Source of the DNA: an uncultured Rhodospirillaceae bacterium | GTDB lineage: Bacteria > Pseudomonadota > Alphaproteobacteria > UBA7887 | DNA length: 64,000 bases | Assembly (NCBI GenBank): GCA_964408735.1 | Contig: CAYPAX010000002.1 | Location: 10,921-74,920 of the forward strand | Direction of reading: 5' to 3' | Part shown: in pieces, positions 32,614 through 43,351 of the stretch | Numbering within the stretch: the stretch's first letter is position 1 | Layout: every line of letters begins with the position of its first letter | Translations under genes and position numbers: made by a program | Notes under the pieces: generated by a model | The model's database searches: none | What the model was told of the DNA's origin: nothing | The model's input: only the letters and a program-made list of their open reading frames with translations

Positions 32614-34569
32614 ATGGAAGCCAAGGTAATCTGGCTTTTCGTCTTCGTGCTGCTGTACTGGTCGTACTGCATCTTCTGGGGCGTCAAGGGCGCGCTCACG
32701 GCCCGCACCGCCAGCGATTACTTCATCGCCGGACGCGGCATCTCGATCTGGGTGTTCGTGCTGGCAGCCACCGCGACATCGTTCTCGGGCTGGACCTTCA
32801 TGGGCCATCCGGGCCTGATCTATCGCGACGGTCTGCCATACGCCTACGCCTCGTTCTACGCCATCACCATCCCCTTCACCGGCGTCATGTTCCTCAAGCG
32901 GCAATGGATGATCGGCAAGCGCTTCGGCTTCGTCACGCCGGGCGAGATGCTGTCGGACTATTTCCGCTCCGACGCCATCCGCATCCTGGTGGTGATCGTG
33001 GCCCTGGTCTTCTCGGTGCCCTATCTCGGCATCCAGCTGCGCGCTTCCGGTTTCCTCTTCAACGTGCTGACCGACGGCATGCTCAACGTCAATGTGGGCA
33101 TGTGGCTCTTGTCGGCGGTGGTGATCATCTACGTCGCCTCGGGCGGTTTGCGCGCGGTGGCCTATGTGGACACCATGCAGTGCGTCCTGCTGGCTGGCGG
33201 CATCATCGCCATCGGCATCATCACGCTGAGCAATGTCGGCGGCATGGGCAACCTCATTCAAGGCATCGCCGCGCTGACGACGATCGACGAAAATCTGACA
33301 CCGGCAGGCTATAGTCACTACATCGCCATTCCGGGCGTCATCCAGTTTGTCGATGCCGGCGCCAAGGCGCAGGGCGGCGCCTGGACCGGCATCATGGTGC
33401 TGACTTACATGTTCGCGCTGATGGGGATCCAGTCGGCGCCGGCCTTCACCATGTGGGCGTTCTCGAACAAGAGTCCGCGGCCGTTCGCGCCGCAGCAGGT
33501 CTGGGCCTCCTCCTTCGCCATCGGCCTGATCCTCTTCTTCTTTACCGCCATTCAGGGCATGGGCTCGCATCTGCTTGGTGCCGACACCGCACTGCTCGCG
33601 GCCCATCCCGAGGTGGTGAACAACGTCATGGGCGCCGGCCTCGAGGGCAAGGACCTCATGGAGTCGACGGGCAAGCAGGGCATGCTGGTGCCCCAGCTCA
33701 TCAACCTGATGGCCGATACGGCACCCTGGCTGGTCGGCCTGCTCTCGGTTTGCGCGCTGGCCGCCATGCAGTCCACGGGCGCTGCCTATATGTCGACGGC
33801 GGGCGGCATGCTGACCCGCGACCTGCTCAAGCACTACCTGATGCCCGGCGCCACCCACGCCCAGCAGAAGCTGGCCGGGCGCCTCGGCGTCGTCGTCATC
33901 GTGCTGGCGGCGCTGTTCGTGGCAACGGTATCGTCGGACGCGCTGGTGCTGCTGGGTGGCCTCGCGGTGGCCTATGGCTTCCAGATGTGGCCGTCGCTGA
34001 TCGCCATCTGCTGGTGGCCCTTTCTTACCCGTGCCGGCGTCACCCTCGGCCTCGTCGCCGGTCTCATTGCCGTCACCCTGACCGAATCGATCGGCCAGAA
34101 GCTCGGCATCACCGGCTGGGGCCGCTGGCCGCTGACCATCCATTCGGCGGGCTGGGGCATATTGTTCAACTTGGGCACCGCGATCATCGTCTCGCGCTTC
34201 ACCCAGAACACAGGTGACATGGAACACAAGATGGTCTTCCACACCTTCCTGCGCGAGCATGCCGGCCTGCCCGAAAGCAAGCGGTATCTGATCCCGCGGG
34301 CCTGGGCCCTGACCCTGGTCTGGTTCCTTTTCGGCATCGGCCCGGGGGCGGTGATCGGCAACTCGATCTTCGGCTCGCCAACGGATGCAACGACATGGAT
34401 GTTCGGTATCCCGTCGATCTGGGCCTGGCAGGTGCTGTGGTGGGTGATCGGCGTGTTCATGATGTGGTTCCTGGCCTACAAGATGGAGCTGTCGACGGTG
34501 CCCCTGCGCGAGGTCGAGGCCTTGCACGAGGATATCGGCGACATCCAGCTGGCGGTCGACAAGCCCTGA
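32614..34569 (+). CDS. Sodium:solute symporter family transporter (651 aa)
   Basis: About 13-14 predicted TM helices; SSF-type glycine-rich helices. Confidence 0.8.
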   Translation: MEAKVIWLFVFVLLYWSYCIFWGVKGALTARTASDYFIAGRGISIWVFVLAATATSFSGWTFMGHPGLIYRDGLPYAYASFYAITIPFTGVMFLKRQWMIGKRFGFVTPGEMLSDYFRSDAIRILVVIVALVFSVPYLGIQLRASGFLFNVLTDGMLNVNVGMWLLSAVVIIYVASGGLRAVAYVDTMQCVLLAGGIIAIGIITLSNVGGMGNLIQGIAALTTIDENLTPAGYSHYIAIPGVIQFVDAGAKAQGGAWTGIMVLTYMFALMGIQSAPAFTMWAFSNKSPRPFAPQQVWASSFAIGLILFFFTAIQGMGSHLLGADTALLAAHPEVVNNVMGAGLEGKDLMESTGKQGMLVPQLINLMADTAPWLVGLLSVCALAAMQSTGAAYMSTAGGMLTRDLLKHYLMPGATHAQQKLAGRLGVVVIVLAALFVATVSSDALVLLGGLAVAYGFQMWPSLIAICWWPFLTRAGVTLGLVAGLIAVTLTESIGQKLGITGWGRWPLTIHSAGWGILFNLGTAIIVSRFTQNTGDMEHKMVFHTFLREHAGLPESKRYLIPRAWALTLVWFLFGIGPGAVIGNSIFGSPTDATTWMFGIPSIWAWQVLWWVIGVFMMWFLAYKMELSTVPLREVEALHEDIGDIQLAVDKP

Positions 34570-34594
34570 CGCCGGCCAAGCCGGGGGCCGCGCG

Positions 34595-34822
34595 GTGAAC
34601 CAGAGCGGCTATGTCGCCTGGAGCATGGCGCTGGCGGCGGCGCTGTGGTGGCCGGTCGGTCGCATCGTCTGGGTGATGGCGGTGCGCCGGCTCGAACGGC
34701 GCCTCGGGCGCAGCCTTGACCCAACCGAGGTCGCCGCCCAGCGCCGCCGCGCCTGGCTGCTGGCCTTGCCCCTCTGCCTGGTCTTCTCGGGCCTGTTCAA
34801 TCTGCGCCTGCTGCAAGGATGA
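34595..34822 (+). CDS. Small membrane protein (75 aa)
   Basis: Two hydrophobic segments. Its stop overlaps the downstream TPR gene start, so it is probably co-transcribed with the symporter. Confidence 0.4.
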   Translation: MNQSGYVAWSMALAAALWWPVGRIVWVMAVRRLERRLGRSLDPTEVAAQRRRAWLLALPLCLVFSGLFNLRLLQG

Positions 34823-35388
34823 CCAACCAAGCCTGGAAGCGCCTGGCGGTCGCCCTCGGCCTGGCCACCGCCGCCTGGTTCCTCTACGACATGCTGATTG
34901 CCGGGCGTGACCCGGGCCTCGATGCCCAATCGGCGGCCGACAGATTGTTCGAGGACGGCGCCTATGAACGCGCCCTGGCGCTCTATCGCGAGCGCGATGC
35001 GATCGAGCCTGGCAACGCCTTTGCGCTACGTGGCATCGCGCTGAGCCTGATGCAGCTCGGCCGCACTGACGAGGCGCTCGGCGCCTTCGCAGCCGCCATT
35101 GACGCCGACCCGCAAGATGCCAGCGCCTTCGCCAATCGCGGCATTCTGCATGATCGCTTAGGCGACTACGAACGCGCCATGGCCGACTACCGCCAGGCGC
35201 TGACCCTTGACGCCGAGATCGCCGACGGCCCCGGCTTCCTCACCCGCTTCCTGCGCAACCAACCCGACCGCCCGCCGTCCGTCGCCGACCGCCTCGGCTA
35301 CCTCGAAGCCGAGTTCGCCAAGCCGGAGGAAGAGCGCGTGCTGATGATGCCGGACGCTGACGCGGAGCAGCGGCCGTATCAGCAGTAA
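34819..35388 (+). CDS. Tetratricopeptide repeat protein with N-terminal TM anchor
   Basis: 189 aa carrying TPR motifs (AFALRGIALSLMQLGRTDEALGAFAAAIDADPQDASAFANRGILHDRLGDYERAMADYRQAL). Confidence 0.6.
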   Translation: MTNQAWKRLAVALGLATAAWFLYDMLIAGRDPGLDAQSAADRLFEDGAYERALALYRERDAIEPGNAFALRGIALSLMQLGRTDEALGAFAAAIDADPQDASAFANRGILHDRLGDYERAMADYRQALTLDAEIADGPGFLTRFLRNQPDRPPSVADRLGYLEAEFAKPEEERVLMMPDADAEQRPYQQ

Positions 35389-35632
35389 GGATAGGGCCTC
35401 ACGCGGAGGCGCTGGCTCGCGGCGCACAACAGTCGCGAAGATTGCAGATCAACATTCGAGCTCTAACGCCTTGATTTGCAAATTAAACAGCACGCAAGGA
35501 ACGATCACCGACGCCCGGAGAATGGCAACACAGCAAGCCTATCCTGTCCGTTGCAAATGAAAGGGGCGCTAGATACCCTCACCTAACGCGTATCGATGCG
35601 ATGGAATCAGATCAAAATTGGAGGGAGATAAA

Positions 35633-36928
35633 ATGTCAGTAGCAAGACTCACTTGTACGCTTTTCGTCGCCCTGGGCCTGTCGGTCGCTTCGGCAATTGC
35701 AGGGGAAATGCCGACAACCACACCGGAGGAAGTCGGATTGTCCGAAGATCGGCTAACCCGAATTGGTGATACCATCAACAGCGAGATTGCCGCTGGAAAC
35801 ATCGCAGGCGGTGTCCTGCTCGTGGCACGGCATGGAAAGGTCGCCTTTCTGGAGGCTTATGGCGAGCAGGATGCCGTTGCGGGAACCCCGATGGCACCCG
35901 ATTCCCTGTTCCGCCTGTGGTCGATGACCAAACCAATCGTTAGTGTTGCTGTCCTGATGCTGAACGAGCAGGGGAAGCTGCTTCTCAACGACCCTGTCGC
36001 CAAGTATATTCCGGCATTTGGTGAGACGCGGGTGTGGGTCGAGGGTACAGGCGGCGATAACGGCCCGATGGAGTTCGAGGCGGCTGTGCGTCCGATTACC
36101 ATCCAAGACCTGCTTCGGCACACCTCCGGCATCGTCTATGGCCTGTTCGGGAACACGCCTGTCCATGCCATGTACAACGAAGCCGGCGTCATGAGCTGGG
36201 ACAATACGACCGCCGAGTTCGCCGACAAGATGGCGGGCCTTCCTGTCGCGCATCAGCCGGGAACGGTTTGGGATTACGGTCAATCGACGGACGTGCTGGC
36301 GCGGGTCATCGAGGTTGTCTCCGGGCAGCCGATGGATGTCTTCCTGCAGGAGAATATATTCGGACCCCTCGGCATGAGCGAGACCGGCTATTGGTTCGGC
36401 GCGGAAGATGGCGATCGCGTCGCCGAGCAATTGCCGAATCCGGAGACCGGCGAGCCGAGTCCGGGTCGCGACGTTACGGTCGAGCCGACATGGCGGCCGG
36501 GCGGCCACGGCCTCGTATCGACGGCGTCGGACTATTGGCGTTTCGCGCAGATGCTGTTGAACGGCGGTGAGCTCGACGGGGTGCGGATACTGAGCCCGAC
36601 CACTGTCGCCTATATGGCCAGCGACCATCTCGGCAATGGGATCGAGAAGCGGCCGGGGCTGATGTGGTGGGTCGGCGAGGGCCAAGGGTTCGGCCTCGGT
36701 GTCGCCGTGCGCCTGCAGGACGGCGTCACCCATTGGAATGGCTCGGCCGGGGATTTCTATTGGCTCGGCTATGCGAGCACGAACTTCCTGGTCAGTCCCG
36801 CGAACGATATGGTTGGAGTCTTCTTGGCACAGCAGATCCCGCTGGCGCTGAAATACCGCGACATCGTGTTCAGCTTGCTGCCGCAGACAATCGTCGACGG
36901 CGCATCGATGGAAGTCGCGGCGGAATAA
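35633..36928 (+). CDS. Serine hydrolase, beta-lactamase/esterase (class C-like) family, secreted
   Basis: Signal peptide, an SxxK motif (LWSMTKP) and YxN-like and HxG-like downstream motifs. The ATG at 35633 is preceded by GGAGGGAG; the track starts at the TTG at 35618. The gene and its upstream region have visibly lower GC than their neighbours. Confidence 0.8.
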   Translation: MSVARLTCTLFVALGLSVASAIAGEMPTTTPEEVGLSEDRLTRIGDTINSEIAAGNIAGGVLLVARHGKVAFLEAYGEQDAVAGTPMAPDSLFRLWSMTKPIVSVAVLMLNEQGKLLLNDPVAKYIPAFGETRVWVEGTGGDNGPMEFEAAVRPITIQDLLRHTSGIVYGLFGNTPVHAMYNEAGVMSWDNTTAEFADKMAGLPVAHQPGTVWDYGQSTDVLARVIEVVSGQPMDVFLQENIFGPLGMSETGYWFGAEDGDRVAEQLPNPETGEPSPGRDVTVEPTWRPGGHGLVSTASDYWRFAQMLLNGGELDGVRILSPTTVAYMASDHLGNGIEKRPGLMWWVGEGQGFGLGVAVRLQDGVTHWNGSAGDFYWLGYASTNFLVSPANDMVGVFLAQQIPLALKYRDIVFSLLPQTIVDGASMEVAAE

Positions 36929-37001
36929 TCATAGCCGTCCAGGGCTCCGGTCTTCGCCATGTGGCGCGAAGACTGGGGCCCGATCCCTTTTCTATGCCGC
37001 C

Positions 37002-38294
37002 TCAATCCGCGAAGGGGTCGCTCATGAGGATGGTGTCGTCGCGCTCGGGGCTGGTCGACAGCAGCGTGACCGGGGCGCCGATGAGCTCTTCGATGCGGCG
37101 GACATATTTGACCGCGGTGGCCGGCAGTGCCGCCCAGCTGCGGGCGCCGCGGGTGCTTTCGTGCCAGCCTTCGAGGGTCTCGTAAACCGGCTCCACGGCG
37201 GCTTGGGCGCGGGGGCTCGCAGGCAGGTGGTCGACCATCTCGCCGCCGAGGCGGTAGCCGGTACATACCTTCAGCTCGTCGAAGCCGTCGAGCACGTCGA
37301 GCTTGGTCAGCGCGATGCCGCCGATGCCGCCCAGGCGGATGGCCTGGCGCACCAGCACCGCGTCGAACCAGCCGCAACGCCTGGCGCGGCCCGTGACCGT
37401 GCCGAACTCATGACCGCGCTCGCCGAGCGAGCGGCCGATCTCGTCTTCGAGCTCGGTCGGGAACGGCCCCTCACCGACCCGCGTGGTATAGGCCTTGGTG
37501 ATGCCGAGCACGGTGTCGATGCTGCCGGGCCCGATGCCCGAGCCAACCGCCGCCGCACCCGCCAGGGTGTTCGACGAAGTGACGAAGGGATAGGTGCCGT
37601 GATCGATATCGAGCATGGCGCCTTGCGCGCCTTCGAAAAGGATGCGCTTGCCCTCGCGCCGCGCCTGATCCAGCTCGATGCCGACCGTTGCCGCGAAAGG
37701 CAGGATGCGCTCGGCGACTTCGAGCAGGTCGGCGCGCAGCTTGTCCTTGTCGACGGGCGCGAGATCCATGCCCTGGCGCAGCACGTCGTGGTGCAGTAGT
37801 GCGGCATCGATTCGTGCGGCAAGCAGGCCCTCGTCCGCCAGATCACAGAGGCGGATTGCGCGGCGCGCGATCTTGTCCTCGTAGGCCGGGCCGATGCCGC
37901 GCCCGGTGGTGCCGATCTTGGCCGAGCCCCGCAGCACCTCGCGCTGACGGTCGAGCTCGCCGTGCAGGGGCAGGATGAGGCAGGCGTTTTCGGCGATGCG
38001 CAGGCTTTCGGGCGTCGCCGTCACGCCCTGGCCGGCGAGGCGGTCGATCTCCTCGAGCAGGGCCCAGGGATCGATGACCACGCCATTGCCGATCAGAGAG
38101 GTCTTGCCGGGCCGCACGATGCCCGACGGCAGCAGGCTCAGCTTGTAGGTGACGCCGTCGATGACAAGGGTATGGCCGGCATTGTGCCCGCCCTGGAAGC
38201 GCACCACGATATCGGCGCGCTCCGACAGCCAGTCGACGATCTTGCCCTTGCCCTCGTCGCCCCATTGCGAGCCGACCACGACCACATTGGCCAT
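37002..38294 (-). CDS. purA: Adenylosuccinate synthetase
   Basis: N-terminus [21 protein letters not shown] and GHNAGHT. Confidence 0.95.
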   Translation of the reverse strand: MANVVVVGSQWGDEGKGKIVDWLSERADIVVRFQGGHNAGHTLVIDGVTYKLSLLPSGIVRPGKTSLIGNGVVIDPWALLEEIDRLAGQGVTATPESLRIAENACLILPLHGELDRQREVLRGSAKIGTTGRGIGPAYEDKIARRAIRLCDLADEGLLAARIDAALLHHDVLRQGMDLAPVDKDKLRADLLEVAERILPFAATVGIELDQARREGKRILFEGAQGAMLDIDHGTYPFVTSSNTLAGAAAVGSGIGPGSIDTVLGITKAYTTRVGEGPFPTELEDEIGRSLGERGHEFGTVTGRARRCGWFDAVLVRQAIRLGGIGGIALTKLDVLDGFDELKVCTGYRLGGEMVDHLPASPRAQAAVEPVYETLEGWHESTRGARSWAALPATAVKYVRRIEELIGAPVTLLSTSPERDDTILMSDPFAD

Positions 38295-38304
38295 TCCCTA
38301 CTCC

Positions 38305-39447
38305 TCAGTCGTCCTCGGCAAGCGGCCTGACGGCGCCATCCTGCCAGATATGCGTACAGGCCAGGCGTCGGGCCTCGGCGATATCGCCATTGCCGGCGGT
38401 GACCAGTCCCTTGACGGTCTGCCAACCCTCCGCCCGCGCCTCTGCCGCGGCTTCCGCCGGCGCCTCGTAAGGCACGAAAAGGCGGTCGGGCGCGGCGGGC
38501 TGGGGTGCCGAGTTCAGCAAAGCATCGCCGAGCAGGGTGAAACCCGTGGCGGGCTCGCCGGCGGCGGTGATATAGCGCCCGCCGAAACCGAGCTCGGTGC
38601 GCGCGCCGAGCGCATAGAGCGTGAACGATATGCCGCTGTGATACTCGAAGCCACGACGCTCCAGGGGATCGACGGTGAGGGTCAGATCGGGCGCGGCGCT
38701 GCGCACCAGCTCGACCACTTCGGTCAGGCGCGCGACCAGGCGCGCCGGTGCCTCGGGTAGGCCGTCGATGGCGCAATCAACCGAGAGCAAGCGCCCAAAC
38801 AGCCGCGCCACGTCGCCATTGGCACCACTGGTGGCGGCTTCGGTCAAGGCCGCGGCATCCTTGCGGTCGATGGCCGCTAGCACGCCCGCGCGCGCGTCGC
38901 CGTCGAGAGCGAAGGCATCGCAGATCGCGCCTGCCAGATCGGGCACGTTGATGTCGACGCTGAGGCCTTCGATGCCGAGCCCGGCCAGCGCCTCGGCGGC
39001 AAGCAGGATGACCTCGGCATCGGCGGTGCCGGCATGGGCGGGGCCGATCAGCTCGACGCCGATCTGGCGGAACTGGCGATCCTCGCGCAACTGGCCGCCG
39101 CGCACGCGCAAGACCTCGCCGGCATAGCAGAGCCGTAGGGGCCGCGCCTCGGCCGCCAGCCGGGTGGCGGCGATGCGTGCGATCTGCGGCGTAATGTCGG
39201 CGCGCAAGCCCATCATGCGCTGGGACACCGGATCCATGATGCGGAACGTCTGTCCGGCCATGGCAGCGCCGACACCGTCGAGCAGGCCTTCCTCGAACTC
39301 GACCAGCGGCGGCTTGACGCGCTGATAGCCGAAGCGCGCGAAACGGTCGAGAAGCGCCCGGCTCAGGCCGTCCTCATGGTCGGCGAGCGGCGGCAGCAGA
39401 TCCTGCAGGCCCGCCGGCAACAGGGTTTTCTGGCGTGGATCGTTCAT
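38305..39447 (-). CDS. hisZ: ATP phosphoribosyltransferase regulatory subunit HisZ (HisRS-like)
   Basis: 380 aa class II aaRS-like protein lacking an anticodon-binding domain. The position next to purA is typical. Confidence 0.75.
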   Translation of the reverse strand: MNDPRQKTLLPAGLQDLLPPLADHEDGLSRALLDRFARFGYQRVKPPLVEFEEGLLDGVGAAMAGQTFRIMDPVSQRMMGLRADITPQIARIAATRLAAEARPLRLCYAGEVLRVRGGQLREDRQFRQIGVELIGPAHAGTADAEVILLAAEALAGLGIEGLSVDINVPDLAGAICDAFALDGDARAGVLAAIDRKDAAALTEAATSGANGDVARLFGRLLSVDCAIDGLPEAPARLVARLTEVVELVRSAAPDLTLTVDPLERRGFEYHSGISFTLYALGARTELGFGGRYITAAGEPATGFTLLGDALLNSAPQPAAPDRLFVPYEAPAEAAAEARAEGWQTVKGLVTAGNGDIAEARRLACTHIWQDGAVRPLAEDD

Positions 39448-39481
39448 AGCGCGGAGAAACTACCTTACTCACGCCACAATG

Positions 39482-41056
39482 TCAGAATTTCAACGACTTG
39501 GCTTGGACCACACCGTCGAGCACCCGCAGCTCTTCAAGCAGGGCCGCCGGTACTTCCTGGTCGACCTCGACCAGGGCCATGGCCTCGCCACCCGCTTGTG
39601 AGCGCCCGAGGTGGAACGTCGCGATGTTGATGCCGGCGTCGCCCAGGGTCTTGGCGAAGGAACCGACCATGCCCGGCAGGTCGCGGTTCTTGATGTAGAG
39701 CATGTCCGTGCCGATGCCAGCATCCATGGCGATGCCTTCGATCTCGGTGATGCGCGGGCGCTCGCCGAGCAGGGTGCCCGAGATGCTGCGCGTGCGACGC
39801 TCGGTGGTCACGGTCAGGCGAACCAGGGTGTGATAGTCGCAACGGCCGTCGAAGAGAGTCTCGCGTACCTCGATCTCTCTCTCCTTGGCGATGACCGGCG
39901 CGTTGACCATGTTGACGCCTTCCAGCTGCGGCGCCAGCAGGCCTTGGAGGACCACCGCCGTGACGGGCCGACAATTGAGGGTCGCCGCGTGCCCTTCGAA
40001 CTGCAGCGAGACGGAGGTGATGCCGCTTTCGGTGATCTGCCCGGCAAAGCTGCCGAGCTGGCGGGCCAGCGCCAGATAGGGATCGAGCCTGGGCGCTTCT
40101 TCGGCGGTCACGGACGGCATGTTCAGCGCGTTGGTCACGGCACCGTCGAGCAGGTAATCGGCAATCTGCTCGGCGACCTGCAACGCCACCTTTTCCTGCG
40201 CCTCGCTGGTCGAGGCACCGAGATGAGGCGTGGCGATGACCTGCTCGAAGGCGAATAGCGGGCTCTCGCCAACCGGCTCTGTCTCGAAGACGTCGAGCGC
40301 CGCGCCTGCCACGTGGCCGGACTCGATGGCCCCCGCCAGATCGGCCTCGTTGACCAGACCGCCGCGGGCGCAATTGACGATGCGCACGCCCTTGCGGGTC
40401 TTGGCCAGGGCTTCGGCATCGAGAATATTGCGTGTGCTATCGGTCAGCGGCGTATGCAGGCTGATGAAGTCGGCCCGCGACAGCAGCGCGTCGAGCTCGA
40501 CCTTCTCCAGCGCCAGCTCTGTGGCGCGCTCGCTCGACATGTAGGGGTCGAAGGCGATGACGCGCATCTTCAGGCCTTGCGCGCGGTCGGCGACGATCGA
40601 GCCGATGTTGCCGCAACCGATCAGGCCCAAGGTCTTGCCCGCAAGCTCCACCCCCATGAAGCGCGATTTCTCCCACTTGCCGGCCCGCGTCGAGGCGTCG
40701 GCCTGGGAGATGCGCCGGGCTAGCGCCATCATCATGGCAAGGGCGTGCTCGGCAGTGGTTACCGAATTGCCGAAGGGCGTATTCATCACCACCACGCCAT
40801 CGGCGGTGGCCGCCGGCACGTCGACATTGTCGACGCCGATGCCGGCGCGCCCGACCACGCGTAGCTGTTTCGCCGCCGCCAGCACCTCGGCCGTGACCTT
40901 GGTCGCGGAGCGGATGGCCAGGCCGTCGCAATCGGCAATGCGATCCAGCAATGCGTCCGGGTCGAGCCCCGGTGCCTCGTCGACCTCGATGCCGCGGTTG
41001 CGGAATATCTCCGCCGCCAGCGGACTGAGCTTGTCGGATATCAGAACTTTTGGCAT
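39482..41056 (-). CDS. serA: D-3-phosphoglycerate dehydrogenase
   Basis: NAD-binding GxGxIG (GLIGCGNIGS) and a C-terminal ACT domain. The start was moved to the ATG at 41056 (MPKVLISDKL); the track ORF extends to 41230. Confidence 0.9.
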   Translation of the reverse strand: MPKVLISDKLSPLAAEIFRNRGIEVDEAPGLDPDALLDRIADCDGLAIRSATKVTAEVLAAAKQLRVVGRAGIGVDNVDVPAATADGVVVMNTPFGNSVTTAEHALAMMMALARRISQADASTRAGKWEKSRFMGVELAGKTLGLIGCGNIGSIVADRAQGLKMRVIAFDPYMSSERATELALEKVELDALLSRADFISLHTPLTDSTRNILDAEALAKTRKGVRIVNCARGGLVNEADLAGAIESGHVAGAALDVFETEPVGESPLFAFEQVIATPHLGASTSEAQEKVALQVAEQIADYLLDGAVTNALNMPSVTAEEAPRLDPYLALARQLGSFAGQITESGITSVSLQFEGHAATLNCRPVTAVVLQGLLAPQLEGVNMVNAPVIAKEREIEVRETLFDGRCDYHTLVRLTVTTERRTRSISGTLLGERPRITEIEGIAMDAGIGTDMLYIKNRDLPGMVGSFAKTLGDAGINIATFHLGRSQAGGEAMALVEVDQEVPAALLEELRVLDGVVQAKSLKF

Positions 41057-41081
41057 GGCAGGTGTTCTTGCTCCAGGATGG

Positions 41082-42239
41082 TCAAGCGGCCGCGCGGGCC
41101 TCGGCGAAGGCCCAGTCGAGCCATGGCAGCAGGGCGTCCAGATCGTCACCTTCGATGGTGGCGCCGGCCCAGATGCGCAGGCCCGGCGGGGCATCGCGGT
41201 AGGCGCCGATATCGTAGGCCACGTCCTCATTTGCGAGCGCGTTGGCGATGCTCTTGGCGACGGCGCGCTGATCGGCCTCGTCGAGCCCCGCGAACCAGGG
41301 ATCGACGATCTTCAGACACACCGATGTGGACGAGCGCTCGGCTGTCTCGGCGGCGAGAAAGTCGACCCAGTCGGTCTCCGCCACCCAGGCCGCGATACGC
41401 GCGAGATTGCCTTCGCTGCGCGCCACCAGCGCCGCGCCGCCGCCGAGAGATTTGGCCCAGCGCAAGGCGTCAAGCGCATCCTCGACGCATATCATCGACG
41501 GCGTATTGATGGTCTCGCCCTTGAAGATGCCTTCGATAAGCTTGCCGCCCTTGGTCAGCCGGAAGATCTTCGGCATCGGCCAGGGCGGCGTATAGCTCTG
41601 CAGGCGTTCCACGGCCCGAGGACCGAGCGCCAGCATGCCATGCTGCCCCTCGCCGCCGAGCACTTTCTGCCACGACCAGGTCACCGCATCGAGCTTGTCC
41701 CAGGGCATATCCATGGCGAAGACGGCGGATGTCGCGTCGCACAGCACCAGACCGTCGCGATCGCCCGAGATCCAGTCGCCGTTGGGTACGCGCACGCCCG
41801 AGGTGGTGCCGTTCCAGGCGAAAACCACGTCGCGATCGGGCGAGACCTCCGAGAGATTGGGTAGCGCGCCATAATCGGCTTCGTGCTTTCGCAAATCGTC
41901 CAGCTTGAGCTGGGAGACGATGTCGCCTAACCAGCCCTTGCCAAAGCTTTCCCAGGCCAGCACATCGACCCCGCGCACGCCGAGCAGCGACCACATGGCC
42001 ATCTCGAAAGCGCCGGTGTCGGATGCGGGCACGATGCCGAGGCGCCAATCGGCCGGCAGGCCGAGAATGTCCCGGCTCAGGTCGATGACCTCTGCGAGCC
42101 GCGCCTTGGCGTCGCCGGCGCGGTGGGAGCGGCCGACCAAAGCGCCTTCGAGCGCGTCAAGCGACCATCCCGGGCGCTTGGCGCAGGGCCCCGACGAGAA
42201 GCGGGGCATGGCCGGCTTGCGGCCAGGCTTGTCTGTCAT
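41082..42239 (-). CDS. serC: Phosphoserine aminotransferase
   Basis: 385 aa. N-terminus reads ...[14 protein letters not shown], characteristic of the alphaproteobacterial SerC type. Confidence 0.85.
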   Translation of the reverse strand: MTDKPGRKPAMPRFSSGPCAKRPGWSLDALEGALVGRSHRAGDAKARLAEVIDLSRDILGLPADWRLGIVPASDTGAFEMAMWSLLGVRGVDVLAWESFGKGWLGDIVSQLKLDDLRKHEADYGALPNLSEVSPDRDVVFAWNGTTSGVRVPNGDWISGDRDGLVLCDATSAVFAMDMPWDKLDAVTWSWQKVLGGEGQHGMLALGPRAVERLQSYTPPWPMPKIFRLTKGGKLIEGIFKGETINTPSMICVEDALDALRWAKSLGGGAALVARSEGNLARIAAWVAETDWVDFLAAETAERSSTSVCLKIVDPWFAGLDEADQRAVAKSIANALANEDVAYDIGAYRDAPPGLRIWAGATIEGDDLDALLPWLDWAFAEARAAA

Positions 42240-42425
42240 GGAATGCGATCTTGTGTGCGGTGCAACAAAGGGCGCGGAGCATAGGCGCGCAAAGGCTTTG
42301 CGTCAATAACACACAGATGATGACGGAGACCTCACGAGCGTTCACGACAAGTTGCCCAGGGTGATGCGCTCCTGCGTGGTAGCTTTTTGGCTCGGCTTTA
42401 CAACGAGAGCAATCGGGAGGGAGCA

Positions 42426-43004
42426 ATGACCGCAAACATCGTTAGCGGAATGGACCTCGACAAGCTCGAGGCGTTCCGGTCGGCACTTGACGACAATCCG
42501 GTGATTTTGGGGCTTGAGGCGCGTGGCGTCTGGGAGGGCCATTCCGGGCGCAGCACCATCCACATCGGACCCTTTGAGCTGGCCGGCGAGAAGATCGACC
42601 GCGAGACCCGGCACTACACGATTCCCTACGGCGCCTGGCGTGAGGTCGAAGAGGCGATCGGTTTTGTCGGCCCGACCGACCGCGTCGAGCCCATCGAGAT
42701 GGCATTGGGTGCTGTGGCCGCCTGCCTGTGCAACAGCATCGCACTCAATGCGCCGCGCAACGGCATCGATCTCGAAGGCCTCGAGATCAACGTTCACACC
42801 GATGTCGATCCGAGCGTGCTTTTCGAGGTCAAGGATCCGGAGTCCCATACCTCGTGCATGCCCAAGATCACCACCGAGGTGACGGTCAAGGGCGACATCT
42901 CGGACGAGCAGCTCGCCACCATCCAGCGGCTGGTCCATTACTCGCCCGTGCACGGCCTGGTCGAATACGCCAACACTGTCGAAAGCCGCGTTTCGCGGGC
43001 CTGA
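42426..43004 (+). CDS. OsmC/Ohr family protein
   Basis: Conserved Cys pairs in the OsmC fold (ALGAVAACLCNS). The ATG at 42426 is preceded by GGGAGGGAG. Confidence 0.75.
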   Translation: MTANIVSGMDLDKLEAFRSALDDNPVILGLEARGVWEGHSGRSTIHIGPFELAGEKIDRETRHYTIPYGAWREVEEAIGFVGPTDRVEPIEMALGAVAACLCNSIALNAPRNGIDLEGLEINVHTDVDPSVLFEVKDPESHTSCMPKITTEVTVKGDISDEQLATIQRLVHYSPVHGLVEYANTVESRVSRA

Positions 43005-43054
43005 GAAAAGGCTGACGGTCCGGCGCTTGGCGCCGGACCGTCGTCTCTCCAGCG

Positions 43055-43351
43055 ATGTATGCCGTCTTGATCCTGTTCGGCGAGCCGGTGGACCCCGCCG
43101 CCTTCGCGCGTCATGTCGAGGAAACCCATCGGCCCTTGCTCGACGGGCTCCCCGGTGCCGAGGCCGTCGGGCTGAAATGGGTCGCCGGGAGGCTTGCCGG
43201 CGAGCTGGCCCTCCACCTCGTGATCGAAATCGGCTTTGCCACCGAAGCGGCGTTGCAGGATAGCCTGAACTCGCCGGCCGGACAGGCCATGGCGCGGGAC
43301 TACCCCAATTTCGCTTCCGGCGGCGTGACCATACTGGCCTCAGTCGGGTAG
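43055..43351 (+). CDS. EthD-like small protein (98 aa)
   Basis: EthD/Dabb-like size and hydrophobic pattern. This is a weak call. Confidence 0.4.
   Translation: MYAVLILFGEPVDPAAFARHVEETHRPLLDGLPGAEAVGLKWVAGRLAGELALHLVIEIGFATEAALQDSLNSPAGQAMARDYPNFASGGVTILASVG

Noticed and set aside
32458-34527. 689-aa minus-strand ORF
   Set aside because: It is antisense to the 651-aa sodium:solute symporter, which has clear TM-helix periodicity. The translation is His/Asp/Arg/Gly-rich with no domain.
39534-40373. 279-aa minus-strand ORF and other nested ORFs inside serA
   Set aside because: They are out-of-frame shadows of serA, Arg/Gly-rich with no motifs.
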